Part shown: positions 50,990 through 58,851 of the stretch, piece by piece
How positions within the stretch are numbered: the first letter of the stretch is position 1
How the letters are laid out: the number at the start of each line of letters is the position of its first letter
Source: an uncultured virus (IMG/VR IMGVR_UViG_3300027779_000002)
Lineage: Duplodnaviria; Heunggongvirae; Uroviricota; Caudoviricetes
Reading direction: 5' to 3' (one strand)
IMG/VR virus record: IMGVR_UViG_3300027779_000002
DNA length: 64,000 nucleotides
Notes under the pieces: generated by a model
Seen by the model: only the letters and a program-made list of their open reading frames with translations
The model's database searches: none
Told to the model about the DNA's origin: nothing
Position numbers and translations under genes: made by a program

Positions 50990-51709
50990 TTAATTTAAAA
51001 ATGCTTTGCCTGAAAATGCAGCTGAAAACACTATTGTTAACTGATTTGCATTATTATATGTTACTGAACCAAATCCTACCGCATACGGTGTGTTAGCTGA
51101 ATCAGTAACAGTAACCGAAGGAAACGAATTTAAATTGTGTGTTATTATCCATGTAGCTGAAGCTACGTTTTGTGGATGAATATACGTTGTCGCCGGGTCA
51201 CCTTTATATGTTAGCAAAGATATGAAATAATCTTGACTATCTTCAAGACTCCCAAAACCTGTAGCATAGGTAACATCTATGTTCCAAAAATTAGTTTCTG
51301 CAACACTTTGAACTGCCGCATCCCATTCAAATAATCCGAAAGTAGAAGGGTCAGAACACTTAGATATTAATACCGTTGACTGTAGTAAAGGGTTAGTATA
51401 ATATGTACTAACATTTATTGCGTTATTAATTTGTTGTTTGCTTAATTTAAATTGTGTTAAACTACTAAAAGGAACTGTTCCTGTATTTAATGCATCAAAA
51501 GTTATTGTGCCGGCTAATCTTACATCACCCGCTTCCATGTCTTTATATTTATATCTTAAAGATTGACTTTGAATCTTATTATATTCATTAATAAAAATTG
51601 AAACTGCATTAGCAGAAAAGTTTTTAGTTGCCTGTTGTGCATCTGAACCAATCCATTTATCAGACGGTACTATAGGTGTTGATAAAGGATATGTACTAAT
51701 TTTTGCCAT
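50990..51709 (-). CDS. tail-associated protein
   Basis: MAKISTY N-terminus; C-terminal W.I.HNL..FPSVTV.D...FSGKAFLN. Confidence 0.6.
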   Translation of the reverse strand: MAKISTYPLSTPIVPSDKWIGSDAQQATKNFSANAVSIFINEYNKIQSQSLRYKYKDMEAGDVRLAGTITFDALNTGTVPFSSLTQFKLSKQQINNAINVSTYYTNPLLQSTVLISKCSDPSTFGLFEWDAAVQSVAETNFWNIDVTYATGFGSLEDSQDYFISLLTYKGDPATTYIHPQNVASATWIITHNLNSFPSVTVTDSANTPYAVGFGSVTYNNANQLTIVFSAAFSGKAFLN

Positions 51710-52112
51710 TTTGTTTTATTTTATTAGCTTTTTCGTATGACCTTCCCCCAAAATATGCTGCAGTAATTGTAATAAGCAACATTTTTAAAAGTTCTTTCCA
51801 TTCATCGTCAACTGCAAAGTTAATAAATCCTGAGTCAATAAAAATAAGCAATACAGTAGATACAAATAAAAACATTAATGTTATCGGACGAACTGATTTT
51901 GAAAGTTTGTTATCGCTTGTCATGTCCGCTTTCCAACGTTCTGTTACATTTTTTTGTTGTTCAGATTCTGCATTAATAAATATTTCTGTCATTTCTTTTT
52001 CAAATGCAGCTTTTTCGTCTTTTGTTCTTATAAATTTATCGGCTATTCCTGTAAGAGAGCCTGCAATATCTTTTGCTCCACCCCCAAAAAGTTTTGTTAA
52101 TATTTGTATCAT
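51696..52112 (-). CDS. holin (GTA 3TM-like)
   Basis: RW.ADM.SD..LSK.VRP, TM helices, AYFGGRSYEK; adjacent to endolysin. Confidence 0.75.
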   Translation of the reverse strand: MIQILTKLFGGGAKDIAGSLTGIADKFIRTKDEKAAFEKEMTEIFINAESEQQKNVTERWKADMTSDNKLSKSVRPITLMFLFVSTVLLIFIDSGFINFAVDDEWKELLKMLLITITAAYFGGRSYEKANKIKQNGKN

Positions 52113-52567
52113 ATTATTTTATATTTAGTTTTACGATTTTCTTTGTAAGCTTTTAAACATTTGTTTCTATTTTCTTCATCACTAACGTATGAAACATGTA
52201 TCCAATTAGGGTTTGTGTCTGTTCCAAACTCCCATATTAATTGGTCAAAATTTAAATTTTCTTTTATCCAATAATACATTTCTGCATTACTTTTATAACC
52301 ATATACATCATCAAGGTCAATTGCTTGACCCTTGCAATGCTGTGAGGTACTTACACCTCCAATAGCTTCATTTAAAGAAATAGACCTAAAAAAAGAATTT
52401 ACTTTTATAGGTCCTCCTCCCCATTCTCTTAATGGTTCAAATATTTTTTCAGCTGTTAACTTCATTGTGTCAACCTGTGTTGGGTTTGGAGTATTGTCTA
52501 TTAATTTTCTTTTAGCGGTATTAGAATGTATAGCTTCTGCATATGTTATATGTTTGCTTATTTTCAT
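52109..52567 (-). CDS. endolysin, peptidase M15A
   Basis: S.FR...LN.AIGG..SQH..GQAID...WIHVSY. Confidence 0.85.
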   Translation of the reverse strand: MKISKHITYAEAIHSNTAKRKLIDNTPNPTQVDTMKLTAEKIFEPLREWGGGPIKVNSFFRSISLNEAIGGVSTSQHCKGQAIDLDDVYGYKSNAEMYYWIKENLNFDQLIWEFGTDTNPNWIHVSYVSDEENRNKCLKAYKENRKTKYKII

Positions 52568-53832
52568 AATCTAAAATTAAATCCTATTGTTGAGTTAAAA
52601 ATTTCTGTATTCCAAAATTTAGTATATTCACCTTCTACAAATATACCTAATTTAGAAGTAAGATTCCATCCCATAATTAATCCAAATTGATAATCTTCCC
52701 ATTGTTCTAATTCTGAATCTTCTTTTAATCCACCTACTCCCCAATTGTTTCTATTTAAATAACTAAAAGCTTCATCACCTTTAAAATATTTATGATAAGG
52801 AAGTATGTAATTTGCATAAGCATGCATCCACATTTTTTCATTATAAGTATAAAAATCAGCTCCTACGATTGGAGCTATCTCAGCAAAATCATCTAGTAAA
52901 TCCCATTGCTCTCTATTAAATCTATTCATTAAATCAGCAAAAACTGTTTCACGAAATTCTAAATCTGTATTAGCTACAATATTTCCTTCAGAGTCAACCC
53001 ATTGCCAATCTTGCGTTTGATTTCCTGATTCATCTGTTAATGTATAAAACACATCATCATATCCATATTGAAATCCTAAACTGTACCAAACGTTTGCAGC
53101 ATACTCATATGAATTTCCTTCAGGGTCAATATATTGTGTTGTTTCATTTAACCAAATTTCTACAGGATTATATCCAAAAGCTTGTTCATGTGTACGAGCA
53201 ATAACTCCTGCAGATATACTAAACTTTTTACCAATAGGTAAACGAGCTCTTATCTCTGCCGAACTGTATTTAAATCCTACGTTACCCTCTTCTCTTGATT
53301 CTATTTTAGCAATGTGATGCTTACCTGTATGCCTAAGAAAGTAACGATGGTTTGTAAATACCTCACCTCTCTCTCTTTCTTTTTCCCAATGAAACATATA
53401 TTCAAATCCACTAAATGCAGCAGTAGGAGCTGACAATGCTACGTTTTTTTCTGTGCCATCATAATAAGCTTTCTCTTTATTCTCATAATCAAAACGAGCA
53501 ATACGTCTTAAACCAAAACCATATCGATAATCAAAAGGGTCATAAGTAGTTGCGTCTTCAACAACAGGTACATCATATAAACTTCCGCTAGGATTTGTTC
53601 TTACAACGTAATCTATACTTTGTTTTTGATAAGGATTGTTTATATTTCCTGCAACATAAAAAGTTCCATATTGTAAAAAATCATCATATACTTTTTTAAA
53701 CAATTTTTGTTTTCCTAAAGCTTGAGGTTCTTGCGCTTGTAAATTAAATGTAAATATTGATAATATTGATACTATAATTATATACATAATTGCATTAAGT
53801 GAAAATTTTTCTGTTTTTTGTTTTCTATTCAT
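52564..53832 (-). CDS. exported protein, possible outer-membrane beta-barrel
   Basis: signal-peptide-like N-terminus (..LQAQ), aromatic-rich strands, C-terminal GFNFRL. Confidence 0.5.
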   Translation of the reverse strand: MNRKQKTEKFSLNAIMYIIIVSILSIFTFNLQAQEPQALGKQKLFKKVYDDFLQYGTFYVAGNINNPYQKQSIDYVVRTNPSGSLYDVPVVEDATTYDPFDYRYGFGLRRIARFDYENKEKAYYDGTEKNVALSAPTAAFSGFEYMFHWEKERERGEVFTNHRYFLRHTGKHHIAKIESREEGNVGFKYSSAEIRARLPIGKKFSISAGVIARTHEQAFGYNPVEIWLNETTQYIDPEGNSYEYAANVWYSLGFQYGYDDVFYTLTDESGNQTQDWQWVDSEGNIVANTDLEFRETVFADLMNRFNREQWDLLDDFAEIAPIVGADFYTYNEKMWMHAYANYILPYHKYFKGDEAFSYLNRNNWGVGGLKEDSELEQWEDYQFGLIMGWNLTSKLGIFVEGEYTKFWNTEIFNSTIGFNFRL

Positions 53833-53835
53833 AAC

Positions 53836-54171
53836 TTAAAATTTACTTTTTATTATTTTATTTATATGTAACTGTATGGTGTCAAGTGTATTTTCCGGTA
53901 ATTGTAATGTAATATCACTTTCTATTCGTATAATAGTTTTTCTATTATGATACAAGATAACAGTTGGTAGATAAACTATGTTATCTTTTTTAAATAATTC
54001 GGGATGGTCAGTTAAATATAGACAAATTTGGTCAGTTCCTTCAAGCTCATCAAGATTTATTTCTGCGGCTTTTACAAAACTAGCTGTGTATTGTATTACT
54101 ACAATTCCATCTTTATATTGTGCATGTGCGGTAGAAGTAAATAGAATTAATAAGAATATCCATAGTTTCAT
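53836..54171 (-). CDS. exported thioredoxin-fold-like protein lacking CxxC
   Basis: signal peptide AHA/Q; VIQYTASF and YLPTVILY cis-Pro-like motif. Confidence 0.45.
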   Translation of the reverse strand: MKLWIFLLILFTSTAHAQYKDGIVVIQYTASFVKAAEINLDELEGTDQICLYLTDHPELFKKDNIVYLPTVILYHNRKTIIRIESDITLQLPENTLDTIQLHINKIIKSKF

Positions 54172-54470
54172 TTCTTGCTGATTTCATATAGACGAGCATC
54201 CATTTTGTCTAATTGAGATTTTATTTCGCTAACGTCTTCTTTAATAGAAGACATATCAGACTCCACTTTTTCAATGGTTGCTCTGATTATTTGGTCTTTA
54301 TAAGAAAATTCTATCTTGGTTATTTCAGGTTCAGGCAGTTGTGCTGCATGAGCTATATCAGCTTTTAATGTAAAATACATAGTAGCAAGTGAGACGGTGA
54401 AGCCAACAATCATTGCAATTGTTTTTAAATCTAATGTTACGTTAGTTCCTTCACCAATTTTAGTTGCCAT
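54168..54470 (-). CDS. single-TM coiled-coil protein
   Basis: one TM helix then heptads. Confidence 0.55.
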   Translation of the reverse strand: MATKIGEGTNVTLDLKTIAMIVGFTVSLATMYFTLKADIAHAAQLPEPEITKIEFSYKDQIIRATIEKVESDMSSIKEDVSEIKSQLDKMDARLYEISKK

Positions 54471-54555
54471 TAATTACATGCTTTTATAAACGTAACTAAA
54501 AGTTACATCGTTTGACCAAGTATTTGATTGTGTGTATATCATTTTATTTATTTTT

Positions 54556-55401
54556 TTACCAAAGAGCTATAAGTCTTTGATTAACTATTGCAGGAGTAGC
54601 ATATACTTGTACAATTTGTACAGGTAATACTTCACCTACAGGAAAATTATTAAATATTATATCTTGACCTCCAACAGTTTTTACTTTTATATTAACATAT
54701 CTTGGGTCATCTGTTCCTGCCGCTGATTGGTCAACATCCTGTTTTATTGATGTAGTTGTTCCCACATACAACAAGCATCCTTGAGCTTGTGATGGGTCTG
54801 CACCTCCGCCTTGTGGAGGATTAGCTGCATATATTTCATAGTCTTCATTAGCAGTTAAAAAGATGTCATCTGATAATCCAACATTTTGGTCATTTAATAC
54901 TGACGATACTGTTGTTATTTTTAAAGTATTTCTATTAATTACAATGTCTCCAATTGAAACATTGTATTTAGATACAAATCCTTCACCATAAATATCATAT
55001 GCTTTAGCTGTACCTACTGCAGGAGCAACTAATAATGCATCAGAAATAGAAGCGTTAGGACTTTTTACACCACTAACAACATGGTCTGACAAATCTGTCA
55101 CATTAATAATAAAGTTTCCTTTTTTAACAAACTTACCTGAACCTACTATTCCTCCTGCTTGAGCTTGAGTAGAGTTTAAAATAAAATTCTCTGAAGAATC
55201 TATTAACTCTCCTGCTGCTGCACCATCTGTAGTTCCTTGCCATATCTTAGGCGTTAAAACAGAATCCACTAACTTATTTGTCGCAGCTGCTGTTTGTGCA
55301 CCTTTAACAATTAAATGAGCCGGCTTAGGAATGTATATAGTATCACTTGGAACTATTTCTAAAGCAGTCATCCCGCTAATCATGTTTTTTAAATACGACA
55401 T
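54556..55401 (-). CDS. putative structural protein
   Basis: A.EIVPSDT N-terminus, LYVG...G.VLPVQ..QV C-terminus. Confidence 0.5.
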   Translation of the reverse strand: MSYLKNMISGMTALEIVPSDTIYIPKPAHLIVKGAQTAAATNKLVDSVLTPKIWQGTTDGAAAGELIDSSENFILNSTQAQAGGIVGSGKFVKKGNFIINVTDLSDHVVSGVKSPNASISDALLVAPAVGTAKAYDIYGEGFVSKYNVSIGDIVINRNTLKITTVSSVLNDQNVGLSDDIFLTANEDYEIYAANPPQGGGADPSQAQGCLLYVGTTTSIKQDVDQSAAGTDDPRYVNIKVKTVGGQDIIFNNFPVGEVLPVQIVQVYATPAIVNQRLIALW

Positions 55402-55418
55402 TTTATATTATTTATTTA

Positions 55419-55505
55419 TTAATAACTTTTAGACTTGACTTTCAACCCTTTTTTCTTAGCAACTTTTTTCTTAGATGCTTTTCCTTTTGGTGCTGCTCTA
55501 CGCAT
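55419..55505 (-). CDS. 28-aa Lys-rich micropeptide
   Basis: MRRAAPKGKASKKKVAKKKGLKVKSKSY; fills intergenic gap with an AT-rich leader. Confidence 0.5.
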   Translation of the reverse strand: MRRAAPKGKASKKKVAKKKGLKVKSKSY

Positions 55506-55523
55506 AATTATTTTATTTAGTTA

Positions 55524-56501
55524 TTAAAATGTTGCTATATCTGCTTTCTTCCAAGTGTTTGTTGCTACACATACATAAATTGCATCTGATGCAAATCTAA
55601 TGTCTCCTGTTACTCCTGCTGCTGTAGCTGAAGCCGGTGCAGTTTCTATTGCCGAAACACCAAATGTAGGTGACTTAACTGCTGTACTAAATACTGCTCC
55701 ATCAGCGTCTAATGACATTTCATCATTAACGCCTAAGTTGCCACTTCTTGAAATTTTAAATTTATTTGAATCTCCTCTGTCAATTCCAATAGAAATATCT
55801 GCTTGTCCTTGAGTTTCAAATGAAATTTTTGCATCTGCGTCAGCTCCTGTATTTTGATTGTGAATTAATAATCCGATTGCTACGTTTCCTTTATCTTGTT
55901 GTAAGTTGATACCTAATGGGTTTTCTCCTGTACTATCTCCTACTAGAAGGTTTCCTGATGCTACCATATCTACTGCTGATACATTTCCACTAAATGCTCC
56001 ACCTACGCCTGATACGTCTCCACTAAATGCTCCACCTACACCTGCTACGTCTCCACTAAATGTTCCATCTACACCTGATACATTTCCACTAAATGCTCCA
56101 CCTACACCTGATACGTCTCCACTAAATGCTCCACCTACACCTGATATATTTCCTGAAGCAGCTACATCTACAGCTGATACGTTTCCACTTATAGTACAGT
56201 CACCTGAACTTGTAAGAGCAGCACATTGTACTTCTCCGGTTAAGTTCATATCACCTGTTACAGTAATTAATGCTCCTGCTTCTGCCATAATAGAATCAGT
56301 CAAGGTATTAGAATCTACCCATTTGGATATTTTCCCTGCTGTTCCTGAACCGTCAACCCCACCACCAACTACGACAGTATCTAGGATATCTTGCATTGTA
56401 AATATTGTTCTTTGTGCATTCAATGATGCTGAACCTCTGTTTTCTGTATCAACAGTAGATTTTACTGTATGAAATTTTTGACTGCTTGGTATTGTTGCCA
56501 T
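55524..56501 (-). CDS. fibre/spike-like protein with 11-aa tandem repeats
   Basis: SGDVSGVGGAF repeats; C-terminal G..GDIRF...IYVC...NTWK. Confidence 0.6.
   Translation of the reverse strand: MATIPSSQKFHTVKSTVDTENRGSASLNAQRTIFTMQDILDTVVVGGGVDGSGTAGKISKWVDSNTLTDSIMAEAGALITVTGDMNLTGEVQCAALTSSGDCTISGNVSAVDVAASGNISGVGGAFSGDVSGVGGAFSGNVSGVDGTFSGDVAGVGGAFSGDVSGVGGAFSGNVSAVDMVASGNLLVGDSTGENPLGINLQQDKGNVAIGLLIHNQNTGADADAKISFETQGQADISIGIDRGDSNKFKISRSGNLGVNDEMSLDADGAVFSTAVKSPTFGVSAIETAPASATAAGVTGDIRFASDAIYVCVATNTWKKADIATF
55976..56150. repeat. 33-bp coding tandem repeat (about 5 units)
   Basis: CCACTAAATGCTCCACCTACACCTGATACGTCT-like units. Confidence 0.75.
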
Positions 56502-56522
56502 TTTTTTTACTTTTATTGTTAG

Positions 56523-56696
56523 TTATAAATTTTTTTTATAAGGAAAAACTCTATTTAAGCTATCCTTTTTTTTTGTACATCCACAGTCGGTTCCTGTTGC
56601 TTGTGAAATTTTATCCACAACCTTTTTAATTCCGGTAGCTGTTGTAACTTTTTCTATTGTATCTCCCAATCCTCTTGAGGGTTCATTCCATTTCAT
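56523..56696 (-). CDS. 57-aa phage protein (GLGDT..K.T...GIK...DCGC...LN..FPY)
   Basis: intact ORF below the track cutoff, with a promoter immediately upstream. Confidence 0.65.
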   Translation of the reverse strand: MKWNEPSRGLGDTIEKVTTATGIKKVVDKISQATGTDCGCTKKKDSLNRVFPYKKNL

Positions 56697-56700
56697 ACTA

Positions 56701-56708
56701 CAAAGATA
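56701..56708 (-). promoter_or_regulatory. -7 element TATCTTTG
   Basis: 4 nt upstream of the ATG at 56696. Confidence 0.6.
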
Positions 56709-56782
56709 AACAATTTTTTTTATTGCTCTCGTTAGTTTATTGTGTGTATCTTTTGACCATTTGGTATTATTGCCATATTTTT

Positions 56783-56923
56783 TTATTTTTTACAAGTACA
56801 TAATTTATTTGGACAACTTTCAACATTAAATGATATTTTTAATAATAAAAAATTCCAAAAACATTGAAAATTACACCATAAAAAACTAATTTTATTTCCT
56901 AACCAAACTAAAGCTTTTCCCAT
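56783..56923 (-). CDS. 46-aa Cys/Trp-rich small protein
   Basis: MGKALVWLG...CPNKLCTCKK; start overlaps upstream stop. Confidence 0.5.
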   Translation of the reverse strand: MGKALVWLGNKISFLWCNFQCFWNFLLLKISFNVESCPNKLCTCKK

Positions 56924-57117
56924 TACTTTTTAATTATTCTTGAATTAGAACCTAAATGTTTTTCATATTTCATAGAATGGTCTCCACCGTAAGCATGTCC
57001 TCCTTTTTTAGACATTCCTTTGGATTCATCTCTTCTACTTTTCATACTTTGTTTGTGAGAACCTTTATGTCTCATACCTAAAGACTCATCTAATCTTGAA
57101 TTATAACCTTGTGCCAT
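56923..57117 (-). CDS. small basic protein
   Basis: 64 aa, K/R/H-rich. Confidence 0.6.
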   Translation of the reverse strand: MAQGYNSRLDESLGMRHKGSHKQSMKSRRDESKGMSKKGGHAYGGDHSMKYEKHLGSNSRIIKK

Positions 57118-57139
57118 GTTTTCTTTTTTATATTATTAA

Positions 57140-57295
57140 TTAAGCATTTCTGTTTCTTCTTCCTGCTTGAGCTTTTCTTTGCATTCCTTTTTTACCGTAT
57201 TTATTTACGCCAATAGAATAAGCAATTCTTTTAGCTGCTATCTCAGACTTTCCTTGAGACACTAATTTTTTTACTAATTCTTTAAACTTGCTCAT
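57140..57295 (-). CDS. 51-aa basic protein
   Basis: MSKFKELVKKL...KYGKKGMQRKAQAGRRNRNA; TATCTTTG at 57313-57320 upstream. Confidence 0.6.
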   Translation of the reverse strand: MSKFKELVKKLVSQGKSEIAAKRIAYSIGVNKYGKKGMQRKAQAGRRNRNA

Positions 57296-57341
57296 TGCAA
57301 TAATTTATTTTACAAAGATACTATTATTTTTCTATATTGTT

Positions 57342-57623
57342 TTAACACTTCCATCTACGTCTTGCTTGCCTAATTCTAGAATTAGGGTCATTTCTTGTTT
57401 CAGCACTACTCTTCTTTAATTGACCTAAACTTCTTGCACAATAAGACTTTCTTCTCTTCGCTGACTTACTACCTGCTTTTACTTTTCCTGTAACAGCTGT
57501 CTTTAATTTAGAACCGGGATTTGCTTTACGATAAGCAGCAACCCCTTTCTTTGTCATTCCTGCTCCTTTTTTTGTAGGTCTATAGTTTGCGCCTTTACCT
57601 TTCGTGGTCTTTCTTATAGCCAT
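57342..57623 (-). CDS. basic protein, DUF6321-like
   Basis: GM.KKG...Y...NPGS.LK...RRKSYCAR...W.C. Confidence 0.6.
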   Translation of the reverse strand: MAIRKTTKGKGANYRPTKKGAGMTKKGVAAYRKANPGSKLKTAVTGKVKAGSKSAKRRKSYCARSLGQLKKSSAETRNDPNSRIRQARRRWKC

Positions 57624-57742
57624 TACTTTTTGTTATGCGTATATCCTTTTTTCTTTAAAGCTAAATGTTGTTTCATTGTAGAAGCTTTTTTAACTATACC
57701 TGTTTTACTGTACATATTATGTACTTTAAATTTTTTTGCCAT
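57623..57742 (-). CDS. 39-aa basic micropeptide
   Basis: MAKKFKVHNMY...HLALKKKGYTH; stop/start overlaps on both sides. Confidence 0.55.
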   Translation of the reverse strand: MAKKFKVHNMYSKTGIVKKASTMKQHLALKKKGYTHNKK

Positions 57743-57855
57743 TATTTTTTTTTCTTTGGTACACAGTTAGGTACAGACTTTCCGCCCTTTTTTTTCATTC
57801 CGTAGGCAACGAATCCTTTCCAACAGGGATTCTTCATTTTTTTTGTTCTTGCCAT
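57742..57855 (-). CDS. 37-aa basic micropeptide (PCWKG...GMKKKGG..VPNCV)
   Basis: intact coupled ORF. Confidence 0.6.
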   Translation of the reverse strand: MARTKKMKNPCWKGFVAYGMKKKGGKSVPNCVPKKKK

Positions 57856-57857
57856 AA

Positions 57858-58136
57858 TTATGCTTTTCTAGTTCTTGCACTTCTATTTCTTATTGAACCT
57901 CTTACTCTTGATTTTGTATCTCCTATACTTCTAAGACCTGATACTCTTTGTTTAGTATTTTTGTTTTGATTAAGAGATGACAAATTTATTGGTTTAGTTG
58001 ATTTATCATTAACAGTATTATCTTTGTCTTTGTCTTTGTCTATTTGTTGTGATTTTAAATAATTAGCAATAAGTTCTGAAAAATTATTATCGTTATTATC
58101 GTTACTTGTTTTAGTGTTTTCAGTTTTATCTGACAT
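57858..58136 (-). CDS. low-complexity protein with basic tail
   Basis: probable start MSDKTEN at 58136, downstream of the promoter. Confidence 0.45.
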   Translation of the reverse strand: MSDKTENTKTSNDNNDNNFSELIANYLKSQQIDKDKDKDNTVNDKSTKPINLSSLNQNKNTKQRVSGLRSIGDTKSRVRGSIRNRSARTRKA

Positions 58137-58153
58137 AGTATAGTTTTTATTGT

Positions 58154-58171
58154 TACTTTTGAACAAAGATA
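58154..58171. promoter_or_regulatory. opposed -7 elements (TACTTTTG on +, TATCTTTG on -)
   Basis: + at 58154-58161 and - at 58164-58171. Confidence 0.55.
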
Positions 58172-58184
58172 CAAATTTAATTAA

Positions 58185-58619
58185 ATGCAAAAAGACTATT
58201 TAAAATATTGGAGGGTTGTTCGTTATTTTGTAAAATCAAAATATAAAATATCTACCGGCGAATTAGACATGCTTTTATTTTTATATTCAGAAAAATATTT
58301 TGGTAAAGATAAATTTAAAGAGTATGATGAATTATTAAGTTGGAATGTAAATCGTTTTGACCAACTGCTCAAACGAGGTTGGATAGAAGTCTTTCGCAAA
58401 AGAGTAGGTAAAAATAAAACGCTTTACAGTTTAAGTTTTAAAGCAAACAGAATGATACATTCTATTTATGAAAAATTAGAAGGCGGAGCTATTCCTGAAT
58501 CTCCTACATCAAATCCTATGTTTAAAGGTAATGTGACTTATACAGACAAGATATATCGTAATCAAATAAAAGAGATGAACAAGGTTATACAACAACAACA
58601 ACGTCTTGCTCCCGAATAA
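58185..58619 (+). CDS. winged-helix (MarR-like) DNA-binding protein
   Basis: STGELDMLLFLY...QLLKRGWIE...LYSLS.KA. Confidence 0.5.
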   Translation: MQKDYLKYWRVVRYFVKSKYKISTGELDMLLFLYSEKYFGKDKFKEYDELLSWNVNRFDQLLKRGWIEVFRKRVGKNKTLYSLSFKANRMIHSIYEKLEGGAIPESPTSNPMFKGNVTYTDKIYRNQIKEMNKVIQQQQRLAPE

Positions 58620-58851
58620 TAGTACAAGCTGTGCCTTCAAGCACCATTTGATATCCTGCACGCTTGTCATAGTATATTATATCATTACTATTAATTGACT
58701 TTACTTCTGTGCCGGGAGTTATAACTTTAGCTTTTTTATATCTAAATTGGTCAGCGTCATGTTCAGACAATAATAATCCTGACTCTGTCTTTAGTTCTTC
58801 TTTAATGTTTTCTACTATAAGGTATTTATTAATTGCTATCATTTGATTCAT
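58585..58851 (-). CDS. groES: co-chaperonin GroES
   Basis: KTESGLLL mobile loop, V..PG, DIIYY, IIREQDVV; adjacent to GroEL. Confidence 0.8.
   Translation of the reverse strand: MNQMIAINKYLIVENIKEELKTESGLLLSEHDADQFRYKKAKVITPGTEVKSINSNDIIYYDKRAGYQMVLEGTACTIIREQDVVVVV

Noticed and set aside
54474..54542. 22-aa - strand micro-ORF MIYTQSNTWSNDVTFSYVYKSM
   Set aside because: Fills a gap plausibly but is too short to support without conservation data
55906..56472. + strand 188-aa Pro-rich ORF and other antisense ORFs (e.g. 59865-60443, 51703-52128)
   Set aside because: Shadow frames of well-supported - strand genes
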